Shown here: in pieces, positions 1 to 12,711 of the stretch
Layout of the letters: each line of letters opens with the position of its first letter
Position numbering within the stretch: position 1 is the stretch's first letter
Assembly: GCA_900088475.1 (NCBI GenBank)
Contig: FLMG01000265.1
Coordinates: 1 to 64,000, forward strand
Direction: 5' to 3'
DNA: 64,000 nt
Source: Hyphochytrium catenoides
Lineage: Eukaryota; Protista; Hyphochytriomycota
Notes under the pieces: generated by a model
Databases searched by the model: none
Told to the model about the DNA's origin: nothing
Seen by the model: the letters and a program-made list of their open reading frames with translations, nothing else
Program-made: the position numbers and the translations under genes

Positions 1-137
1 TAGGTCTTCCTCTCTCATGTCTCACTACCACCGCTTACAGACGAATCTCTGTCCTCTTGTTGCAACGTTGCAATGCTGAAATGGTCTTCCACCGGATGCC
101 CCTGCCTGCGCATATGGATGATGCGATCTTGGGTCAG

Positions 138-377
138 CTTCCTGGAGCTGTTGCGGGAGTCTTCTCTTCTAGTAGTAGTGGTGGTGTGGTGGAGTGTGGA
201 GGTGGTAGAGACGACAGTACTCGTAGGCTATGCATAACGTCTCGTATGTAGTTACTCCGCTTATTAGTTTCTCCAACAACTAGTAAGTAAATAAAAGTAC
301 TGTCATCTCTACCACCTCCACACTCCACCACACCACCACTACTACTAGAGAAGACCTCCGGCAACAGCTCCAGGAAG
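138..377. repeat. Long inverted repeat (arms 138-221 and 296-377, 74-bp spacer)
   Basis: Arm cttcctggagctgttgc...gtggtagagacgacagtact is the reverse complement of agtactgtcatctctaccac...gcaacagctccaggaag, with a few mismatches and a 3-bp indel. Confidence 0.9.
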
Positions 378-779
378 TAGTTCTACTGTAGGTTGTGCTT
401 CCTAGAAAGGATGAGTAGGAACTCCAAGGTTGAGTGATAAACGATAGCTGGTAACGCGCATCCGTCGCTTTTCTGGCTCTACTGTACCTGAACAGTTCCA
501 GATTCAGCATAGCTTGCACATAAATTCAAAATGAGGAAGCTCCTGGCCTGAGGTGGTAACGGCTAATAGCCACAAGAACGGCTTTTATTAGGACCCAACT
601 AGGAGACATCACCACTGAGTAGTTCTAGTTCTAATAAGCGGTGGTGGGCATCATGATTTTGTGGTGTAGAACTAATGGTGGTGGTGCAGTCCGTGGCGTG
701 CTGCCGGTGGCATTATTATTGCTGACAGCAGCAAGACCGTGGGTCGATTCCCAACTTGTCGGAGAACTTTTCAGTATTC

Positions 780-859
780 TAATTTCCTAAACACAAACCA
801 CCAACGCTCAAAGTTTAAAAATAATTTCCCAAACAACACAAACCAACGCTCAAAGTTTA
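780..859. repeat. Imperfect ~42-bp direct tandem duplication
   Basis: taatttcc(t/c)aaac...accaacgctcaaagttta occurs twice in tandem. Confidence 0.75.
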
Positions 860-3074
860 TCCGTCATAACATATCTATTATTACTCTACTTCTCGACGAG
901 TAACTACGCAGCAGAGACCTACTACAAGTAGCAGTAACACTCGTAATAATAACTAATATAACAATTAGTGGTGGTGGGTCGCACAAAGAGAGCAAGAAGT
1001 AGGCTAGAGAAGAGGAGCTTGAGCCAGAACGCCCTCTTAATAGGAGGAGAAGAAGGAGTTTTCCAGCAACACCAGCCATTGTTTCCTCTTCGTCTTTGTT
1101 CCATTTCTTTTGATCATCACCGTTGGTACTTTAGCCATCCTCCTTTCATCGAGCACTACTCTTATGGTGGTATAGGCAATAATGCAGTATGTAAATAAGA
1201 AATGACGCCCTCTTCTTCAAACCTCAATTGTCTATTATTATTGTCTCGTTGTCCTCCTCCCCTCCAAGCGTACTAGTCTCCATCCAAGTTGGTCGCAGCG
1301 TGGAGGAGGAGGAGATAAGAGGAGAGTAATGATGAGGAGGGAACATAATCTCCTCATCATCATTGCTGCCTCTGTCAGGACTGCTGGCCGTATGATGATC
1401 GACGCTAATAATAAGGAGAAGAGGTTTCCACCATCCTTATCAATCATCACCACATCCTGCAGAGTGACTTGTAATAACAGCCTTATCTCGGGCATGTCTT
1501 CTTACTTTTAGAAGAATAGGGATCACCACTCTCATAGCGTTTGTTGTCTTCTCAACTATTAGGCCCTCTGCGATCTCCTTATCCTTCCATCTGAGAGTAT
1601 GATGCAAAAGTACAATAATAATAATACCACCTGTACATGCTCGCCGCCGCTGTTGTGCTCGTTGTAATAATATGTGCTAGTCGGATTGTAACACTACGCG
1701 TACTACCATCACCCGTCCTGTATGCTGTTTGTGTTGTCCGGGTCATGTTCAAATACATTTCAACAGCAGTGTGGTGGCCTCCGTCCACGACGAGAAGAAA
1801 AGAGACCTGGAGGTTTATAATTCAATAATGAAGCATTATTAGCTGAGCATGGATAAAACAGTATCACTTTGTCTCCTCGTATTACCTACAGTCCTACGTA
1901 CGGGTATTTGTTATGGGACAGCGGAGACAGAGATGAAATAATGTCATTACGTCATCACTCACAACAGGAGGACGAGGTAAACTGTTGGATGACGTATGAC
2001 AGTAGAACGATTGGGAAGCTTCCTCTCTGCTGAAGAAGAGAGGTAAAAGGTTAGAGTAAAACAGATCTTCCTTCCACCTGCTGCCCCTCCCTGTCGCTCT
2101 CACTAGGCAAGTCGAGTGATGCTAGCGCATTGAAAAGTAAACAAAGGTTGCCCACCCACTCTAATATAAAAAAGCTTTAAGGGAGGTTCTAGCGCCGGGT
2201 GGGTGAGTGACGTCACTTTCTTTCTCCTTGCTTCAGGGACTACTGGTCGTGGTAATAACGTATGCTAAAGGCTTGTAGACCCCTTTGTAAAACTAGTAAT
2301 AGATCCGAGGCAGGAAAGTGCTTTATGAGTTAGAGGGATTCTACCTTCATGGGTACCTGAATATACTGTTTGCCCACTAAACTTAAGATCTAAGCCTGAG
2401 GAGCTCTATCCCATTCCCTATGTTTGCCCCTGATTGCGGGGGTCAAGCGCTTGTGCCCAAACGACCTGACCTCAACCTTCCTATACACTCCAGGGGTAGA
2501 TCTGAGGAGCTTCCTAGGTTATTAGTTAGAGGGTTTGGGGCTTGTTTCATCTTCAAGCTGTCCTCCAAAATCTTATGAGGTTCTTCTCTTGTCCCGTCCA
2601 CTGTACCTTCCGTCCGGTCTGAAGGATTGTGGCCTCCGCCTCAGCTATCTTACCGCAGCTGCAAGACCGTGGACTCATCAGAGGCAGGGCCAGGCAGATG
2701 GCGCGAGAGATAGACCAACGCACGAGGTGGCGACAAACGTAGCGGACAGAGCCAAAACGGAAAGAGAGAAGGACAGAAAGAAGGGCAGCGAAGAGATACC
2801 AACGGTGCCATCAGAGGAGCATAAGCCATATGGTCACTACTATCGCACCAATCTCAGCGCATTCTCAACAGGCTAGGTATCGTAGCATTTAATTAAGGCA
2901 AGATAGGACAGGGTGTCGTGCGCCGGCTACTGGCCTCTGGGGAAGAAGCTCCTGTTTCTGCGCCCAACTGTGCCTTATTGGTCCCACCATCACGATAGGA
3001 GAATTTAAATAGCCTCGTTGGACGGTGAACACTGACCGCTGTGGACGTTACTACGCTTGTGCAATTCTGTGGAA

Positions 3075-6000
3075 ATGACAGCTCCAACTGATGGTAGGAA
3101 TGCAGTCCTGAGTGCGGCCCGGTGCTTCTCGGCGCCTGATGGGTTTACGTGATGTCTGCATGTGTAGTCTGCGCATGAGCTATCTAACTGCATTCACTTG
3201 GTATTTTAGGTGAGGTTAAGGGAAGAACCGTAGCGGTCATTGGCTCGGGTATATCTGGACTTTCCGTTGCCTGGCTGCTGAAGCGCAGTGGCTGGCAAGT
3301 AACTCTTTATGAGAAGGAGAAGTGTATCGGGGGTCATACCTTGACTGATGCCACCGTTGAACCGCCGGTAGATCTTGGCTTTCAGGTCAGACACGCCTGC
3401 GGCTTCAATACCAGGCTGCAGATCTGCTTTCCGAAGCTGCATAACTCGTTAACCTTAGACTCCTGTCTCGCACTTTTATAATCACCCTTGTTTTCCCACC
3501 CCCACCCCCTTTTTTCTCCCCAATTACTTGCAGGTCTACAACTTGACCACGTATCCAAACTTCGTGGGTTTCTTGGAGCAACTTGGCGTGGAAACAGAGG
3601 AGAGCGACATGTCATTTGGGATGGTCACAGCTGAGTTTGAGGTAGGTAGGCTGGTCCACACATATAACCATTCGTAAGCCCTATCTCGCCTTAAGAGGCT
3701 ACAGGAAGATCCAGACAATCTTCACCCTTGCCGTACATATTACCAATTCCATATGATGCCCTTCCTAACCCTTCCCCGCCAATGACGAAATTACCGTTCC
3801 TTCCACCAGTGGGCGAGCCACGCCATAGCTGAGGCCCTAAAAAAGCCCAAGAATTTGTTGAAGCCCGGCTTTTTGAGGATGCTGTAAGGCACCGCCATCT
3901 CTCTGCATGTTCTGGGCCTACGCCCTCCTTTTGGCTCCTTTCATTCTTTCTGTTTGTTTAATTTTTCAAAATTGGCTAAGCTCTTCTTCATTTACTCCTT
4001 CTGCCCCCAAACACTTGTGGCTGCTAAGACAGCTCTGCCTTGTCTGTCACTAACGTACTGTGTAGGGTGGATGCGACGGGGTCCTTCTCTGTCACTAACT
4101 GTGTCCTTCTCTGTCACTAACGTACTGTGTAGGGTGGATGCGGTCCGTTTCAGCTTCACGGCGGATGAAGTTCTGGTGGACGAGAAGTATGAGTCTATTT
4201 CCTTGGGCGAGTACATCAAGATGAAGGGTTACTCAAACGACTTCATACATGGCTATCTCCTGCCAATGGTGTCCGCCATATGGAGGTAAACCAGAGCTTT
4301 ATTGACCATGTAGCTAGCTTGTCTTCTCCTAACCTATATGTCTTCTCTTTCCTGGTCATCTTCATCCCACAGTGCACCAAATAAGGAGATTGAGGACTTC
4401 CCCATCCGGTCGTTGGTAACATTCTGGAGTAACCACCACCTCCTCAACATCTTTAACGAAAGACCAACCTGGAGAGTCATCAAGGATAGAAGCAAGGTCA
4501 GCATTAGAGTACTATAGGTTCTGCTTGAGGTTAAAGACAACGCCTCGGCCATGCCTTATGGCTTTTCCTGCACAGCCCATCCTATGTCAGATTCTTTGAC
4601 GCAATGGCCCGCTTTTATGCTTTACTGACAACCTTTTAAACCTGTCATTCCTTCTACCAGTCCTATGTGGAAAAGGTGTTGCAAGATCTGGATGATGTCC
4701 GCGTGTCCTGTGGTGTAAAGAGGGTCCGACGTAGTGGGTCCACAGGCCCCGTAACCGTGTTGGATGTGACGGGGCAGTCTCAAGAATACGATCACGTTAT
4801 CTTCGCTGCCCATACACCCGAAGTGCTCGCCATGCTGGCCGAGGATAGTACCAAGGAAGAGAAGGAGCTCCTTCAAAGCATCCGCTATCATAAGAGTGAT
4901 GTGTACTACCATTCTGATGCGAGTCTTTTGCCAAAGGATCAAACTGGTGAGTCTAACGACCAGGCAAACGTTTGCTGCTGGTGCTATTGCCTACTTATTT
5001 AGTCGCTCTATGTTCCTAAGCACGTCCCACCTGTTGCTATATCCTTATGCAGTGTGGGCATCTTGGAACTCCCGCCAAGCGCCGCTTTCCACTGAAGCTT
5101 CGAGTGGACCGCTGGTTGGAGACTGCGAGGTGACATACTGGCTAAACCGATTGCAGAACCTGGCACCAGAGATCCCCCATAGATTTTGCACTTTAAACCC
5201 TCACATTCCCCCCAAAAAGGAGAGCATAATCAAGAGGCTCACCCTGGAGCATCCCATTCTTGACTCCAAGGTAAGAGGGGCCGATATGCAGAGACCTGTT
5301 TTTTATTTTTACAGATGAAGTCTGAAGGAGGACTATCTCGCTCTATTTTGTTCTCATCTTTTGTTCTCCCTATCGCTCTGACTGCTTCCACCTTGTTCAT
5401 GTAGTGTTCTCCCCTCGCCCATGTTGTGCCTCCTATACTTAGCAATAGCGATCCTCTTTCTCACTTGGACGTCTACCTATTTGCAAAGGCCATCAGAGCT
5501 CAAGAGGCTCTTGATAGCATTCAAGGTCAGCGATGCACATGGTTCGTTGGCGCCTGGTGTGGCTACGGATTCCATGAGGATGGGATGAAGTCTGCGGTAA
5601 AAGTAGCAAAGCGGTTTGGTTGCGAGATTCCTTGGGACGAAGAGCTGGTACCAGTATACAACATGTCTTTTTGGCAGAAGGTAGACTTGCTCTCTCTTGT
5701 GTACAGATCATAAGAGTTTACGGTTGATGACGACCTTTACAAGCTGCTTGGCGTGTGCCAGAGCGTAACAACCTCTTCCCTCACTTCGTCAAAGACTAAT
5801 TATTCCACCTACAGCTTAGGTGGCCATCGACCCATTGTTTTTCGACGTTATCACTTGAAGCTACTCTGACTATTCCCTGTCTGATGCATTCTTCCTGTGG
5901 CAGGCCTGTCAGCGAATATTCTACTCCTTCGCATCAAGCGGGATAGTTTACGGTGTTCTGCGCCTCATCTTGCCGAACGGAAAGGAAAAAAGCTTTGGAA

Positions 6001-8642
6001 CCCCAAGGGCCGACTTCCCCTCTGTCGTCTTGAGAATTCACCATCCAGACTTTTTTGTCAGAGTGGTGGAGTATGATGATATTGGCATGGGAGAGGTATC
6101 AATGTGCTTATCAGGCCTCCTTCTACTAATCACCTTCTGCTGCCAAGGCAGAAGTGACCCTCTTTGCCTACGATCCTGTCGGATTTTGTCTATGCTACCA
6201 CTCCTTCCGAGCTGAACTATCACTAATTAACCTTCTTGCCCCATTGTCACTTTTCGTAGAGCTATTTCCTCAAGTACTTTGACTGCAGCGACCTCTACGG
6301 TCTGATGCTCTTAGTTACTAAGAACGCTCAAAACCTTATAGAAAAGCAAGGGAAGCTCTCTATCATCAATCGTCTAGGCACCCTCCTTCAACGATTCTTG
6401 CACCAGAGACGAGCCAACACGCTGAGCAACAGCAAGAAAAACATAGAAGAGCACTATGACTTAGGGAACGACATGTACAAGCTCTTCCTGGATGAGAGCA
6501 TGACTTACAGTTCGGGCTTGTACAAGACCCCTGAGGACTCACTGTACGTGGCTCAGATGAATAAGCTTGACGCCCTCATTGACGAGGTAAGAAGGTCTCA
6601 TGCCAAGCTTCCCTCAATGGCTCTCTCGTTTTCGCCGATCAATCGAGTACGCAGTTATCGCCTTCTCTTACTTCATCATCGGCGCAGGTCATCGCTGTCG
6701 CTAATGTGCTGCGTGCTGGAAAAATAATTCATAGCTACTTTGGTTTTCGCCAAATCTCATGCATATCGCATCCATCATAGGCCGGTCTTGACTCTTCTCA
6801 CAATGTCTTGGAAATCGGCTTCGGATGGGGGTCCTTAGCCTTGCGGGCAGTACAGCGGACAGGTTGCGAATGGACCGGTCTTACGCTTTCAAGCGAGCAG
6901 CTGAAGTTCGCACAAGAAAAGGCTGACAAGCTAGGCCTTAGCCACAAGATAATGTAAGGCGAGATTCTGGTGGTTTTTGTGACTCGGGAACGCCCGCTGC
7001 TTCAACCTCCTGCTTCTTTGCGACACCATAACATACATGATCGAGTTACATTTACCCTTTGTCCTATAAATTAAATCTAAACCGCCAGCTTACCCGTCGC
7101 TTGCTCGCTTACGCATTCAGCGACGTCAAAGCCTCTACTGGTAGTCCACCTGTCGCTCGCGAATAATCTACACCACGTCTTACCCATGAATTGCCCTTTG
7201 TAATCTCTTCTTATTGCGCAGGTTCAAGCTGTGTGACTACCGTACAATGAATGTAAAGGAATATTATGACAGGTGAGTGAGGAGCGGACGAGGAGCTAGA
7301 TATGTTGTGCGTTATCTTGGGATGTGCTTCTCCTGCCCTGCCGAGCACTATCTAGTCTCTGATACCTGCCCTCGAGGTTCTCTCGCTCTTCTCTGAACTG
7401 AATTCTCAAGACATATACATTCACCGGAGTAGAGTGTCGTATTTAGGTTGTGCTCTGCTACTAACTGCTAATGAGAAGACTAACGATGACCTTGTAGAGT
7501 CTTCTCCTGTGAGATGATTGAGGCTGTTGGGCACGAATACTTGGACGAGTACTTCTCCATCATTAACAGAGTGCTAAAGCAAGGAGGCAGAGCTGTTTTA
7601 CAAGGCATTATTATGCCCGACGACCGCTATGCACTCTACTGCTCTTCCTCAGACTACATTCGTAAGTACATCTTCCCAGGAGGCCACTTGCCCTGTATGA
7701 CTGCAATTGGAGAGGCCACGGAGGTACGTTACGACAGTTGGCAATACCAAAGCCGACCTAGGGACAACCTTACGTTTTGGCCTTACATCTTGCTGTTCCT
7801 TATCCTAGGGGACCAACTTGGTGCTTTCCAAGACGGTTAGCTTTGGTCTCAGCTACGCACGGACTCTCGAGGAGTGGCGGAAGAACTTCCTTCAATCCTC
7901 CCGGCAGATTCGAGCCCTAGGATACTCAGATCAGTTCATTAGAAAGTTTGAATACTATTTCGCATATTGCGAGGCTGGTTAGTCCTATAGCTCAACGGCT
8001 CTCGGCATTCTATCAGACTCTTCAGCCATACTACGTGCCTTTATGCGATGTTGACTCCGTTCATTGTCAGTGGTCTAGCGCTGCTGTTCGCCCGACAACT
8101 TTAGGGATTTCTTCCCAATCACTTTTGCATCCTCGGACCTCATACTGCCTCTCTGACCGATGTGCTATGTTGCTCGGTAGGCTTCTATTGCGGCTACATC
8201 GACGTCAAGCATCTAGTGTTCGTTAAGTCTGACTCCGCGCAGTGGCGGAATGAGCCGAACAAGCTGCCTCGCACAGTGTTCTCTGTGGGAAATATCTTCG
8301 CTCCGACCTGCCTGGCACTTCTAGGTATGGCGCTGATTCACCGCGCACAGGTAAGCGTAGATAGCTGTACAGGCTCGTAAGTCGCTGGGGAGCGCTGGTT
8401 ATTTACTAATCCTGCTTTTGCCCCATACAGGTTCGAGGTTATCTTGTGCCGCGTTTGACGGACTTTGTCGATGTGAGTATTCCTGACTACAAAAACGATG
8501 GAAGAGCTGAAGGGCCGAGTACGACTACTTATACTTAGCGTCCTAACCTTTTGTGTTGCAGGTGTTCTTGATCGGGCTCGGCTTCGTCTCCATTGCATAT
8601 TGGCTTGCTTTCAGGGGTATGCTTGCTACTGTCAAGCAGTAG
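3075..8642 (+). CDS. FAD-dependent oxidoreductase (amine-oxidase/COG2907 type) fused to cyclopropane-fatty-acyl-phospholipid synthase, with C-terminal hydrophobic anchor; ~18 exons
   Basis: Spliced translation: MTAPTDG|EVKGRTVAVIGSGISGL (GxGxxG FAD motif), GGHTLT, VDLGFQVYNLTTYPNF, QGQRCTWFVGAWCGYGFHEDG. Then the CFA/CMAS motifs NIEEHYDLGNDMYKLFLDESMTYS, LEIGFGWG (SAM binding), EMIEAVG, YIFPGG, YARTLEEW, FEYYFAYCEAGF. Ends VFLIGLGFVSIAYWLAFRGMLATVKQ*. GT-AG junctions keep phase. Confidence 0.9.
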
Positions 8643-9723
8643 AAGGGTCGCGCATGATAACTCGTTTGGAATGCGCTATTCTTGTTCTGTCTGGCGCACT
8701 GTGGCTTTGATGCCAGCTTTTGCTGAGCCTTGTTGGGGTTGTCTCATGTCACACTTGGCAGGTTACATGCGCAGCCCAACGTTGCGGCCTCTTTACGTGC
8801 CTTTAATACCATAAATCTATGTAGTTCCGAAGCCCGGCCGAGATCCCTTATGACAGTATGTTATCAACCGGGCTCTGTGGAGCGTAAATCAAGAAGAGCC
8901 ACGTTGGGCATGAGAGAAAGGGCGTTGCGCAGAAGTAGCCAGACAGTCTCAACTCTTTGTAACCCTTCGTGGGAAGTTCATGACCCCATTGGCAGCACAT
9001 CTCAGCTTTACGGCGACGGCACTCTATGTTCAAGGTCTGTACCGACCATTGATGACCGGACTGCAATTCAGTCCTGGGATGATTTCAACCATTCGAAGAC
9101 GCTGGAAGACCAAGCCGTTAGCCAGCTCTCGATATACTGAAGCAATTATAGGCTTGTGGCTTTCTGCACGTAGCTTGATCCTATCTCTCAGAGGTCTATC
9201 AAAGTCCTTACTTGCAAGCTTCAGATTACTCTTTATGCTACAGGGAACCATTCACCGTTTCGGTGGCAGATGCCTCTTGGTTGCTCTGCAATTAGATGTG
9301 AGGAGACTTTGTAGGAGACAGCTACAGTCTGGCGCTGGGTTCGATCATAAGTGAGGAGTACTTCCGCAAAATCTTGAGAAACGCCTGGGCCGCTCCGGAC
9401 TCTTGTTTATCGCTCCACGGGCTTCTCACACTGCGCGCATGATGGCGACCCTCAGATCCTCCTTGTGCGAAGCTCAATTGAAAGGCTGGTAATACCACAT
9501 CATTCCCTCCACACCTCCAGAGCCATAAGAGTGGCACGGAGTACCCCAGGTTGAGGAAAATAGCGTCACTGCCTCTCGCAAGACAGATCGTATCCTCCTT
9601 TCCTTCATCACCTCAGCTCATTACTCAAACCTGAACCCAGGTCATGATGCTCTCTCTATTCCTCCTTTTCTCTATCTAGGTCTCTGCGTGCCGATCAGTC
9701 TCTGAGAGAGTATTGTACCCAGC

Positions 9724-11972
9724 TCATGCTTCTGCGGTTTTGCCTGCAGTTTGCTCCCTCCTACTTTCGCTGGCCGTCTTCTCTCTAAGCTCCGGAAGAA
9801 GTCGCTGTTGTGCATGTAACGCATACATACCGCTCTGGAACGCCTTATAGAGCTCTCTAGAGGTGGAGAAACAACGAGATCAGGAGGAGCAAGATAAATC
9901 GGAGAAGACGTAAATAGTCGCTACTTCTAATCTTGAAAAGAGATGACAACAAAGGCTGCATTCATAACGTATGTATAGGAGCTGAAAGGGGGTCATAAGG
10001 GCATAAATATCTCACCCAAACGCTTGGCGGTAATAAGCACAGGCATTCCACCAGTCCACACTTTCGTATGGTTGACCTTCAGGATGCAAGTCCTCCACTC
10101 CCAGCTCTAGAGCTCGTTCCTGCCTCTCTAATCTACTACTTGGACAAGGAAAGGGCATGAGACGGTGGATCAGTGCTAGAGGGACGTGACATCTGAGATG
10201 TACCCGGTGGCACTCTTCCAGTCCAGTTCCGTGTGGCAATAAAAGTGCAAGCCGCCCTCCAGACAATGAGGGCTGCCAAAGACCTGAAACATACACAGTT
10301 CTTCAGCAAGTGAAGGATTACTGGCCTCCAAGGTGAAGCTGTCAAGGGAGTCGCTATATCCGGGTACTCAATATCCGGGTATTATGCCCTCACCTGGTCT
10401 TTGTCGTTGTCTTCTGCCTCTTTGTCCGCTGCCGCATATTGAATAAGACGTCCTAACGCCCGTAAGTTATTCATTAGTGGCCTCCGATCATCTCTTTTCC
10501 ATTGCATGTTAGGCGGCACTATGGCTTGTCCAGGCTCCATGTTGCCCTTAACTCAGCACAAAATGACAGCGTCGATGTTAAAAAGGGGAAAGAAAGCGTC
10601 AGAAGCCTTTAAAAGTTTCGTTCTTTCAAGTGATTCTCACCTCAAGATTTATTGTGACTTTCTTCCGCATCTTTGCAGAGTTTCACGTCTCAGTATTGGG
10701 TGACCTGTCACGCATGGATTCTGTTTCTTACCTTTTCTCTCTCCGCGACTGCCTCGACCGTTCTAAGAGTTGAAGCNNNNNNNNNNNNNNNNNNNNNNNN
10801 NNNNNNNNNNNNNNNNNNNNNNNNNNNNNCAGCGGTACCTTAAGTCCACCGGCCTGCCCTTGCTACGGGTGCGTTGGTACTCTATAAAGGCGGGGCCCGT
10901 TGACCCAGGAACTGATTTGGAGATGCCGTGAAGCCTGTCCCTTTCTTCCTCCCCGAAAAACTCCTGGCGATTTGCACGTGACAGAGGGGACGCTCTGCTT
11001 CCATCGTAGCTATTAGGCTGGTTGTTACTCTGGGCAACAGGCCACTGTCAATCTTACCAAGAAACACTGTGAAGCAAATGGAGAGAGAGACACGGTACCT
11101 GTCCCACACCACCAGCATGAACCTTAGAAGTTGACGCCGCCCGTGGGGGTGGCGATTGCCTGGTGGCGTTAACCATTTCGTCATAGTCCCGCTTCCTTCC
11201 TATTCTAGATGGAGAGCTCGGTTGCTGCCGGCCCCTCCAAATCCCATGAACCTCTGTGTCCACACTGTCACCTCTTTCTAGGGGTAGACTGGGTCCTTCT
11301 GCTTAAAGTGAAGTCGGTGAGAAGACCCATATTTCTCCAGCCATCAGGATAATAGTGGCTAATGTTCATACCTTCTGTAGAGTTAAGCTCCTGCGGTGCC
11401 ACCGACGCTTGCCTGATATCGCTAACGAGCAAGCCATAGAGGCCTGCGGCCCCATGAGCAAGCTCAGGTATAGCCCTTCCTGAAAATAAAACCAAGAAGA
11501 TATTGGCGCCTACTATTGCCACTGCGCCCTGGAGAAGAAGGAGACGTTAGAACAGGGCCTGGACTGATACTTTGCTTCCCACCCTTGTCTGCACACAAGT
11601 GAACTTGCCTTTTGCCTGCTCTCAAGATAATATATCAGGGACTCATACCCATGACGGTCATCCTCAGCGCTTTCAAGATAGAATGCGTCCTGTACCTTAG
11701 GAAACTGAGAACGCCGCATTTCAAGGTGTTACGCAATAGTTATACCTGAGCCTGAAACCCGATGCTATTGAGTTGCTCGTAGCCAAGAAGTTTGACTAGA
11801 TCCCATTCCAAAGGTCTATATAGGCATTGTAGCTACGTGAGTGAATGGCCAAGTAGTTCAAATGGAGATATATCTCGTACAGTTCAGAAAGTCCGTCCTT
11901 AGATCTGGCCAAGTCGCAGGCGCAGCGGCAGACGGTCTTCCCTCTCTTACGGACTGTGAAATGTTGGGCCAT
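9724..11972 (-). CDS. SPOC-domain protein (N-terminal SPOC, unknown C-terminal region); multi-exon, crosses an assembly gap
   Basis: Spliced N-terminus MAQHFTVRKRGKTVCRCACDLARSKDGLSEL|PLEWDLVKLLGYEQLNSIGFQAQ|VQDAFYLESAEDDRHGYESLIYYLESRQK|GAVAIVGANIFLVLFSGRAIPELAHGAAGLYGLLVS aligns by eye with the FPA-type SPOC pattern (K.GTPVCR..C, LP, F.....ED...Y..FL.YL....RAGVA, LYGVV). The terminal exon ELYKAFQSG...KTAEA* is in phase. Middle exons are uncertain. Confidence 0.65.
10777..10829. other. Assembly gap (N run)
   Basis: Run of n. Confidence 1.
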
Positions 11973-12711
11973 ATTACTGGTTCAAAGTTTTCCTCATACA
12001 TAAAGCTGAGTCCAGACCGTCAGCTCCTATTTCTCTGACCTCCTAGAGCTCTGATGCTCTTTGGCCAAACCCCAGGCTGTACAGCGCCGCGGTCATAGCT
12101 CCGCTTGCTTCTGAGTCTGGGTGATCTCAAGTGAGGACCCGATGAGGATGATGGAGCTGACGATGGCAGACCTTGATCTGACGACTTCATTCATCATCAT
12201 GAACAGAGGGGAATGCTGGCCCACGTCCAGAGCTACTCCAGGAGTGGGTTCTGACGCTTTGACTCAGAAAGAAGAAAGAACGCAGATCGGACAACAACTT
12301 TTTGTTTGATCAGGAAGACGGTTCTGGGTCATGGGAACATCGAAGGTTAGCGAGCTCCTCCATGCGTCGCGTCAGCAGCCCAAGGCACTTCTCTCACTCG
12401 ATAAGCCTGTCATTGTGCAACTACTACTTAGTCTTTAGAGCGGGACGGAGATCGGTATGAGCTGCTAGGCGTTCAACTGGCGCAAAGTTGAAGTGCCGGT
12501 GCGACTAGCTACACGTAATGCCCAATCAGAAGCAGAAGGAGCTATCCAAAGGTCAGTATTGCTGACCGAGGAAAGCCAACCGTACTTAGAGCTCATTCTT
12601 GAACCCTCCGATAATGTCTCAGCATCCATAGCGTCTCAGCAGTCACCAGAGCTGTTCTCCTGGCTGCTTCTCAACTCCGACACGATTCCAAATGGTGGAG
12701 CGGACGGCATA

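Noticed and set aside
864-2103. Short ORFs in the first 2 kb, including a CPR*GC zinc-finger-like fragment
   Set aside because: Low-complexity, stop-riddled sequence with no assignable protein or TE family.
2206-2217. agtgacgtcact CRE/aureochrome-like palindrome upstream of the CFA fusion
   Set aside because: A single short site with no supporting evidence; could be chance.
11268-11719. Decayed Crypton/NDC10-like tyrosine recombinase
   Set aside because: The apparent frameshift is a GC-AG intron and the spliced product fits a SPOC domain much better.
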